From a virus (lineage: Duplodnaviria > Caudoviricetes): a DNA stretch of 35,916 bases. This document shows, piece by piece, positions 26,261-33,153 of this stretch. The first letter of the stretch is position 1. Each line of letters starts with the position of its first letter. The notes under the pieces were generated by a model, which was given only the letters and a program-made list of their open reading frames with translations, ran no database searches and was not told where the DNA came from. The translations under genes were made by a program, and so were the position numbers. The DNA lies in the IMG/VR virus record IMGVR_UViG_3300037697_000081, positions 1 through 35,916 of that record; one strand, 5' to 3'.

Positions 26261-26749
26261 ATGGCTGATCCAGTCAAGGAAGAGTGCCATAAGAGAAGCA
26301 TCGCGAACGTGGCCGCCTCCCTGGCGAAGAAGGCCGGTACCCTCATCGCCAAATTTCTCTGCCAGCAGCTACAGCTTCTGGCGGGGACGGTCAAGTCTGT
26401 TCTCCAGGCGCAGCTTGCGATCGTTACGCCGATCGTGGAGCTTGAGGCCGTCTTCGTTGAGAATTTCGTCGTCTTCCCGCTTAACGCTGCCGTCAAGGCG
26501 ACAAGCACCGTAAGCAAGGGGATGTCGAAGCCCCTGACGGAGGTCGGAATCGACAAGGGCTGCAAGACCCACAAGAACGTCCACAAGCAGCTCGACAACG
26601 TAACGGCGCCGATCAGGGCTACAAATCGGAACCTCAAGTCGTCCCGTGACGCGGCTCAGAAAGTTGTCGACGAATCTCGAGAGCTCGTCGTCAACATCCA
26701 GAAGGCCATCGACGCGATGGACGATTTCTTCACAATCCAATGCCCCTAG
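26261..26749 (+). CDS. hypothetical helical protein in the baseplate module
   Basis: GGAGG SD, preceded by the 18-bp motif, overlaps the next gene by 10 nt. Confidence 0.7.
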   Translation: MADPVKEECHKRSIANVAASLAKKAGTLIAKFLCQQLQLLAGTVKSVLQAQLAIVTPIVELEAVFVENFVVFPLNAAVKATSTVSKGMSKPLTEVGIDKGCKTHKNVHKQLDNVTAPIRATNRNLKSSRDAAQKVVDESRELVVNIQKAIDAMDDFFTIQCP

Positions 26750-27225
26750 ACATCGGCGTTCTTAAGCGGGTCGATAGGCCGCGGTTGCCCCTGGAAGTCG
26801 TCAAGTCCGTGGGCTCCACGACCTATACCTGGGAAGCATTCGAAGGCGACATCCAGATCGACGGCCTCAACCAGTTCATTGAGGTCGAAGGCACGACGAA
26901 GCTGGCTGAGGGCATCTTTAAGATCATCCTGACTCCGAAGGGATCGAACCCCGAGGATCCGGACTACGGGACTGACGTCAACACCTTCATCGGCGGAAAG
27001 CTCGACAGCGAGAAGTTCTCGGCCATCCAGACCAGCATCGTTGACGCTCTGACTCACTACAACGTGATCAACCAGGACAACCCGAACTCTGACGAGGTCA
27101 TCGAGACGATCGACGAGGTCCGACTTGTTTCGAGCTTGGACGATCCGCGGCAGATCAACATCCAGGTGTCCGTGACAACCGAATCAGGGAAGGCTGTGAA
27201 GATCGAGGTCCCTCAGATCCAATAA
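26740..27225 (+). CDS. baseplate wedge/sheath initiator (gp25/gpW-like)
   Basis: KIILTPKGSNPEDPDYGT motif; precedes baseplate J. Confidence 0.85.
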   Translation: MPLDIGVLKRVDRPRLPLEVVKSVGSTTYTWEAFEGDIQIDGLNQFIEVEGTTKLAEGIFKIILTPKGSNPEDPDYGTDVNTFIGGKLDSEKFSAIQTSIVDALTHYNVINQDNPNSDEVIETIDEVRLVSSLDDPRQINIQVSVTTESGKAVKIEVPQIQ

Positions 27226-27226
27226 C

Positions 27227-28675
27227 ATGGCAAAGACAGCAGACCAGGTAGTCAGCGAGCTTATCACCCTCATCGGCCAGAACTTCGCCCGTCTGGTTGA
27301 CACTAGGGTCGGCACCGTCTTGCGCGATGCCATCCTGTACCCGATCTCGTCTCAGATCTCCGACCTCTTCAGCGGCCTCGACACCGTGGCGGCAAATCAG
27401 ACCATTCAGGTCCCCGACAACCTGGACGACCCGACCATGGACGGCCTAGCTGCCAACTACGGTATCTCCAGGTTCTCCGGATCTCCTGCGTTCGGCGTCG
27501 CGCGTCTTTTTAAGGTCGTCCTGCCCACGACCACCATCACGATCCCTTCCGGGACGCGGGTGGCCACTCTCTCCACGAACTCGTCTGACGCGCGGGTGTT
27601 CAAGACTTTGGCCAGCGTGCAGCTTACACCGCTTTCGCCGGCAGACCCTGTGACCGGCGCCGACGCCTACGTCGACGTCGGCGTCCAGGCGATCGTCAAC
27701 GGCACTACCGGTAACGTTGACGCCGGCACCATCACCGTGGTTCTGGATCCAGTCCTCGGCTTGGACGGCGTGATCAACCCGTCCGCTACGTCTGGCGGCA
27801 AGGAGTCTCAGACCAACCCTGAAATCGCGGAGCTCATCAAGGCTCGAGCCCAGGGGCGCATCGGAACTCGTAGCGGCTACCGCGACCTCATCCTCGCCAA
27901 CTTTGCCGTGGACGACGTTGAGGTTATCGGTCACGATGACCCCGACTCTGTCCGCAACCAGTTTGGCGGAGAGGTCGACGTCATCGTCATCAACAACAGT
28001 TCTGTCGATGCGGTCGAGACGTTCGCCTATGCCGGCCCATCTACCACTCTGCTCATCCCTACTTTTAAGCCCCTGATCGCCGTCTCGTCCGTCACTGGCG
28101 TCGATGCGTTTGCGACCCCGATCACCCTGAGCGGCCCTGTCGGTGGTGTTGGGATCGGCACGGACTACGACGTCGTTTTGGATACCACTGGCCCCAACGC
28201 CGGTAGCTTCATAGAGAACAGCAAGATCGTGCTACATCCTACGGTCAACGTGCCCGGCAACTCGACTACGCTGACGGTGACGTACCAGAACAACCAGCAG
28301 ATCCGCGTCATCCAGGCTTTCTTGGAGCTCGACGACAACCTCGTTCTTGGCGCTGACCCGCAGGCGAAGTCCGGAATTAAGGTTGGAATCAACGTGACCG
28401 CAGACATCCGCGTCATTCCTGGTTTCAACATCGCGAACGTTGTCTCCGATGTTCAGACGGCAGTCGATGACCTTATCCACTCTCTACTTCTCGGTGACAA
28501 GGTGGACGCTTCTGATGTGATCGCAGCCATTCAGAACCGTGAGGGTGTCGATTCCGTCAGTAACCCGACGTTCCTGATGGCCCTGGCCTCGGCGCCGGCG
28601 ACGCCACTGCAGGAGATCGTGGCTAAAAAGCAGGAATATCTGCGGCCAGACACGATCACGATTAACACGGTGTGA
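27227..28675 (+). CDS. baseplate J-like wedge protein
   Basis: GTVLRD, LAANYGISR, TIPSGTRV, GTTGNVDAGTI, VINPSATSGGKESQT, GEVDV, LLGDKV..EGVDSV motifs. Confidence 0.9.
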   Translation: MAKTADQVVSELITLIGQNFARLVDTRVGTVLRDAILYPISSQISDLFSGLDTVAANQTIQVPDNLDDPTMDGLAANYGISRFSGSPAFGVARLFKVVLPTTTITIPSGTRVATLSTNSSDARVFKTLASVQLTPLSPADPVTGADAYVDVGVQAIVNGTTGNVDAGTITVVLDPVLGLDGVINPSATSGGKESQTNPEIAELIKARAQGRIGTRSGYRDLILANFAVDDVEVIGHDDPDSVRNQFGGEVDVIVINNSSVDAVETFAYAGPSTTLLIPTFKPLIAVSSVTGVDAFATPITLSGPVGGVGIGTDYDVVLDTTGPNAGSFIENSKIVLHPTVNVPGNSTTLTVTYQNNQQIRVIQAFLELDDNLVLGADPQAKSGIKVGINVTADIRVIPGFNIANVVSDVQTAVDDLIHSLLLGDKVDASDVIAAIQNREGVDSVSNPTFLMALASAPATPLQEIVAKKQEYLRPDTITINTV

Positions 28676-28680
28676 GGTAA

Positions 28681-29124
28681 ATGATGGCTATCTCATGGTT
28701 CCCGCTTCAGGCCGGCCAGAAGATCACGGCCGATATGCTCAACGAGATGATCGCGTCGATCCAGGACGGGTCTATCTTCACTTCTGCCGCCTTCGTTAGT
28801 GATCTCGTCACCACCCTGGACTCAAGGGTTGACACCCTCGAGGCGAAGATGAGCGTCGTTGAGGTGGAGTCTAGGCGCAGCTTTATCCGCGAGCAGTTCA
28901 TTCTGACTTCCGCCCAGTCGTCAGTTCCTTTGAGCAAGTCCCCGGAGCTCGATAGTGAGCACATCTTCCTCAACGGGATGGCCCTAGCCAAGGATGACAT
29001 CCCTGACGGAGTAGGCGGGGACTACTTCCTTACCGGGAGCACTCTCAACTTCGTCAACGACCTGGCCCTGCAGATCGAGGCCGGCGACAGGCTGGTCGTC
29101 CAGTACGCATACGAGGTGGTATAA
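28681..29124 (+). CDS. small baseplate/fibre-associated protein with one copy of the ~70-aa module (start may be 28684)
   Basis: N-terminal GQKITADMLN, short coiled coil, C-terminal IFLNG..DY..LNF..GDRLVVQY. Confidence 0.75.
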   Translation: MMAISWFPLQAGQKITADMLNEMIASIQDGSIFTSAAFVSDLVTTLDSRVDTLEAKMSVVEVESRRSFIREQFILTSAQSSVPLSKSPELDSEHIFLNGMALAKDDIPDGVGGDYFLTGSTLNFVNDLALQIEAGDRLVVQYAYEVV

Positions 29125-30327
29125 ATGGCTGTTGGAGTCGACTACAAGACCCTGATAAACGCCCGATCCGTCGGGTCAGAGATCGTCGTCAACGATTTCT
29201 TTGACATCCCCGGTCCCCCGGCCGCTGGGACGGTCACCTACCGCACGATCGAGGTGCCTCTCAACGTCGTTACTCCTCCCTCGCTCGTAGACCAGTTCGT
29301 TGTGCGTGAGGTCCACCCGACCACGCACGTCCCGCTCGGGCCAGTCTATGCGAAGGTCGTTGCTCCCACGACGCCGCTGCCCGGCGAGTACCAGGTCGAC
29401 AACGCAGACACGTTCACGTTCGGACGCATCAAGTTCAGCCAGTTCGACGGCGGCAAGACCGTTGAGATCATCTATACTGGCCGCGGATCTCTGGTATTTG
29501 CCGAGGACGTCAACGACCCGCGCGACGAGCTCGCCGACTCGAGGGACACGGAGACCGACCTTGGCGTACGCCTTGGGAAGATCGAGGACGGCTCCAGGAT
29601 TATTTCTGGTGCCATCCGCCCGAACCACATCAGTGCCATCGCCACGGACGACTTCTCGTTCCCGCGCGACGTAACGGTCAGCGGAGACCTCCACATCGTC
29701 GGCGTCATTAACAAAACCATCACCGAGATATTGACGACCTCCGACGAGATCATCACCCTCAACTCAGACCTCCTCGGCGCGCCGTCAGCTGACTGCGGAC
29801 TGCGCATTGAGCGCGGATCTGAGGTCGATGTCGACGTTCTCTGGAAGGAAGCTGACGACCGCTGGCAGGTCTCCGGTGGTGGCCTCTACATCCCTGATGG
29901 AGCTCTCGAGCTGAACGGTAACGAGATCAAGCGCTCGGCGCTGGAATACGTTGCCTCCGGTGCCGCAGAAACGACACTTGTAGGCAGCGCCTTCGACGGG
30001 CAGCTGATCTACCGCACCGACATCAAGACGCCGCGGTTCTTTGATTCCGGATCAGGCGTCTTCAAGTCCTTCGGCGTTGAGGTAAAGCGCACGGACTTCG
30101 TGTCTGGAACACCGTCTGGAACGTACTCCGGAAGCCAGACCGTGTTCGACCTGCCGTTCACCTACAACGTGGGCTCCAAGCAGATGATGGTGTTTGCGGC
30201 CGGACTCCTCCAGAAGGAGGGCGTGGGTAACGACTACGTGGAGTCCGATGGCGACACCATTACGTTCAGCAACCCGCAAGACATTGGAAGAAACATCGCG
30301 TTCGTCAACATGAGCGTGGCGGTGTAG
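29125..30327 (+). CDS. tail fibre/baseplate-associated structural protein
   Basis: IITLN..GLRIERG..LWKEADDRW virion-protein motif; C-terminal module copy. Confidence 0.75.
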   Translation: MAVGVDYKTLINARSVGSEIVVNDFFDIPGPPAAGTVTYRTIEVPLNVVTPPSLVDQFVVREVHPTTHVPLGPVYAKVVAPTTPLPGEYQVDNADTFTFGRIKFSQFDGGKTVEIIYTGRGSLVFAEDVNDPRDELADSRDTETDLGVRLGKIEDGSRIISGAIRPNHISAIATDDFSFPRDVTVSGDLHIVGVINKTITEILTTSDEIITLNSDLLGAPSADCGLRIERGSEVDVDVLWKEADDRWQVSGGGLYIPDGALELNGNEIKRSALEYVASGAAETTLVGSAFDGQLIYRTDIKTPRFFDSGSGVFKSFGVEVKRTDFVSGTPSGTYSGSQTVFDLPFTYNVGSKQMMVFAAGLLQKEGVGNDYVESDGDTITFSNPQDIGRNIAFVNMSVAV

Positions 30328-30331
30328 CCGA

Positions 30332-31192
30332 ATGCCGATCACGCGGCTGAGGGCCAACCTCCAGCTGAAGGCGGACTCGGTGTCCGCTGACCGGATCAGG
30401 GACGCGACCATCACGGCCGCGGACATCGCTCCCAACACGCTAGACGGGGCGATGTTCGTTAATGGATCAATCCCGCACACGAAGCTCGACATCTCCGCGA
30501 TGTCTGGGACTGGCCTGATATACAACAGCGGGTCTGTCAAGCTCGACGTCAATGTCGACAACTCAAGCATCGAGATATTCGGCGGTCAGCTGAAGACCAA
30601 GTCGTCTGTCGTTACCCACAAGGGTAACACGTTCAACGGAGCGAGTCAGCTCGTCGAGCTCCTTGCGGACGGTCGCCTCCCGGCGTTGGATGGAAGTCTT
30701 CTGTTCAACGTTAGCGGTGGAGGTGGCGGATCTGCCGGCTGGGCGGATGACGGATCTGCGGTCAGGCTGCTCGACGACGCAGATAGCGTCGGAATCGGAA
30801 CTGCGCTCCCCGGATCCAAGCTCGACGTCGCCGGCGCGCTGACACTACGCGGGATGTCCGCACCTTCCGTGGCACCGTCTGGCCAGGCTAGGGTGTACTT
30901 CGATTCCGGCTCTGCGACCATCAAAATATCAGAAAACGGCAGCCCGTACGCCGGTCTGGTTGTGGGTAGCAATTTTGTAGACCTAGAGACTCCATCTGGG
31001 TTTATCGACGGAGTTAACACAGTTTTTGCGCTGTCGGCGACACCCGTTTCCGGGTCGTTGCACTTGTACCTAAACGGCGTCCTGCTCTTCCACGGAGCCA
31101 GTGACGACTATACGATCTCCGGCGCGACGATCACTACGATCGGCGCCCCGCCCGCCGGTTCCCGGCTGGCTGCGAGCTACCGAAAGGCTTAA
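30332..31192 (+). CDS. tail fibre-like protein
   Basis: ITAADIA repeats, VGIGT..KLDVAG motif, C-terminal ETPSG..YLNG..DY module. Confidence 0.8.
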   Translation: MPITRLRANLQLKADSVSADRIRDATITAADIAPNTLDGAMFVNGSIPHTKLDISAMSGTGLIYNSGSVKLDVNVDNSSIEIFGGQLKTKSSVVTHKGNTFNGASQLVELLADGRLPALDGSLLFNVSGGGGGSAGWADDGSAVRLLDDADSVGIGTALPGSKLDVAGALTLRGMSAPSVAPSGQARVYFDSGSATIKISENGSPYAGLVVGSNFVDLETPSGFIDGVNTVFALSATPVSGSLHLYLNGVLLFHGASDDYTISGATITTIGAPPAGSRLAASYRKA

Positions 31193-31229
31193 TAAATTCA
31201 GGCCCACGGGCCGGAGGTAAACGCTCAAC

Positions 31230-32825
31230 ATGGCTAAAACACTTGTCGATCTGGACGTCCAGGCGAAGCTACAGTCCGCGACGAACCAGATCATCGCTGA
31301 CCAGGCGATCAACAACGCCAAGGTTTCCTCATCTGCCGCCATTTCCTTCAGCAAGCTGGCTGCTCTGGCCTCTGGTCAGATCCTTGTGGGCGACGGATCC
31401 AGCGTCGTCACCGCCCGCACCGTCACCGGCGACATCGCCCTGAGTTCCATCGGCGACGCCCAGATCACCGCTGGCGCGATCGTCAACGCCGACATCAACG
31501 CCGCCGCGGCGATCGCCCACAGCAAGCTGGCCAGCGTCTCATCGGCCCAGCTCCTGATCGGAGACGGGTCCGGTGTCCTGACCGGACGCTCGATCAGCGG
31601 CGACGTCACGCTGAGCAACCTTGGGGATATCCAGATCACCGCCGGCGCCATCGTCGACGCAGACATCAGCGGTTCTGCGGCCATCTCGCTCTCCAAGCTG
31701 GCCGAGGCCGTTATCCAGGCCGACGGTGGGCAGGCTTTTACGGCCAACCAGTCGATGGGCGGCTTCAAGCTAACCAGTGTTGGCACCCCGACCTCCGGCA
31801 CCGACGTGGCCAACAAGGACTACGTCGACGGTATCGCCAACGGCCTCGACTGGAAGGGATCGGTTCGCGCGGCCACCACGGCGAACATCACGCTGTCTGG
31901 CGCACAGACTGTCGACGGCGTCTCGCTCGTCGCCGGCAACCGCGTCCTCGTCAAGGACCAGACCGCCGGCGATGAGAACGGTATCTACGCCGTTGCGGCC
32001 GGCGCTTGGACGCGTACTGCGGACGCCGACAACAGCCCTGCCGGTGAGGTCACATCCGGAATGGCGACCTTCGTTGAGGAGGGTACGGCCAACGGTAGCT
32101 CGAGCTGGGCTCTCACTACGCCTGACCCGATCACGCTGGACACGACGGCCCTCGTCTTCACGCAGATCAACGGCCTCGGCCAGATCAACTCCGGCACTGG
32201 TCTCACGAAGACCGGGAATACGCTTAACGTCGGCGCTGGCAACGGTATCCTGGCGAACGCCGACGACGTTGCGGTTCTTGCGGACGCCACGGGCGGGGCC
32301 AACCTGGCTCGTGCTATCAATGTCAGTTCCAACGGCGTTGCGGTAAAGATCGACGGCGCGACTGTTAAGGAGAACGGCAGCCTCCAGATCTACGTCGATC
32401 AGACGGCTCTCACCGCGGTCAACGCTGCGCAGCTCGACGGTTTGGACAGCCTGGACTTCCTGCGCTCCACTGCCTCGAGCAACCTGACGAACGGCAACAC
32501 GCTTACCGTCAACAGCGGCGGTTTTATCAACTTCTCCGTCGAGACTGGCCTCAAGATCGGCGGAACGTCGCTGACGACCACTATCGCGGAACTGAACGCT
32601 ATTGGATCGATCGCCGTGCGCGAGACGCCCTCTGGACTTGTGGACGGATCCAACGCCGCCTACACGCTGGCGAACACACCGATCGCTGGGACTGAGGAGG
32701 TCTTCCTCAACGGCGTGCTGCAGGAGCCTGGCGCCGGAAACGACTACACGATCTCTGGCGCTTCGATCACGTTCTTGTCGGCGCCGGCCGTTGGATCTCG
32801 CATCAAGGTCTCGTACCGCTTCTAA
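31230..32825 (+). CDS. tail fibre protein
   Basis: DVANKDYVD neck motif; DWKGSVRAATTANITLSG..RVLVKDQT..NGIY..WTR phage fibre domain; C-terminal module. Confidence 0.85.
   Translation: MAKTLVDLDVQAKLQSATNQIIADQAINNAKVSSSAAISFSKLAALASGQILVGDGSSVVTARTVTGDIALSSIGDAQITAGAIVNADINAAAAIAHSKLASVSSAQLLIGDGSGVLTGRSISGDVTLSNLGDIQITAGAIVDADISGSAAISLSKLAEAVIQADGGQAFTANQSMGGFKLTSVGTPTSGTDVANKDYVDGIANGLDWKGSVRAATTANITLSGAQTVDGVSLVAGNRVLVKDQTAGDENGIYAVAAGAWTRTADADNSPAGEVTSGMATFVEEGTANGSSSWALTTPDPITLDTTALVFTQINGLGQINSGTGLTKTGNTLNVGAGNGILANADDVAVLADATGGANLARAINVSSNGVAVKIDGATVKENGSLQIYVDQTALTAVNAAQLDGLDSLDFLRSTASSNLTNGNTLTVNSGGFINFSVETGLKIGGTSLTTTIAELNAIGSIAVRETPSGLVDGSNAAYTLANTPIAGTEEVFLNGVLQEPGAGNDYTISGASITFLSAPAVGSRIKVSYRF
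31290..31703 (+). repeat. 171-bp (57-aa) degenerate tandem repeat, about 2.4 copies, within the fibre gene
   Basis: Units start at 31290, 31461 and 31632 (AI.NA.....AAI..SKLA....Q.L.GDGS.V.T.R...GD..LS..GD). Confidence 0.8.
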
Positions 32826-32837
32826 TAGGGAGTCTGA

Positions 32838-33113
32838 ATGGCCGACAGGATCATCGACTGCGTAGAGCTCCGTGATCAGAACGACGCGCTCATCAAGTAC
32901 CTGGTTCGGTACGAGATCGAGAGCGGTGGTGACTCTACACACATTGAGGTCGAGGTCTTGTCGGCCGATCTTTCTAACCCGGCGGACATGAACGAGGTCA
33001 AGAGTGCGGCCAACGCCAAGGCTTCCTCGAGGAAGACGACGTGGGTTGCGGCTCTTTTGTCCGCAAGAGTAAACGTTCAAAATGGGTCCATTAACGGGGA
33101 CGTGACCCTCTAG
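32838..33113 (+). CDS. small protein between fibre genes, possible fibre chaperone/adaptor
   Basis: AGGGAG SD; 91 aa; function inferred from position only. Confidence 0.7.
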   Translation: MADRIIDCVELRDQNDALIKYLVRYEIESGGDSTHIEVEVLSADLSNPADMNEVKSAANAKASSRKTTWVAALLSARVNVQNGSINGDVTL

Positions 33114-33116
33114 TCG

Positions 33117-33134
33117 TAGCATCACCGCAGTTCC
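33117..33134 (+). promoter_or_regulatory. degenerate motif copy (TAGCATC-ACCGCAGT-TCC)
   Basis: TAGCA and GCAGT at the same spacing as the other copies; intergenic, 19 nt before ATG 33154. Confidence 0.35.
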
Positions 33135-33153
33135 CGGAGGAACTTCAAAACAG

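Noticed and set aside
16421-28675. Extracellular contractile injection system or tailocin
   Set aside because: Co-linear protease, scaffold, capsid and neck genes indicate a complete phage virion module.
30980-32822. Similar C-terminal DNA in two fibre genes as a possible DGR template/variable repeat pair
   Set aside because: Differences are not adenine-specific, both copies are coding, and there is no reverse transcriptase in the window.
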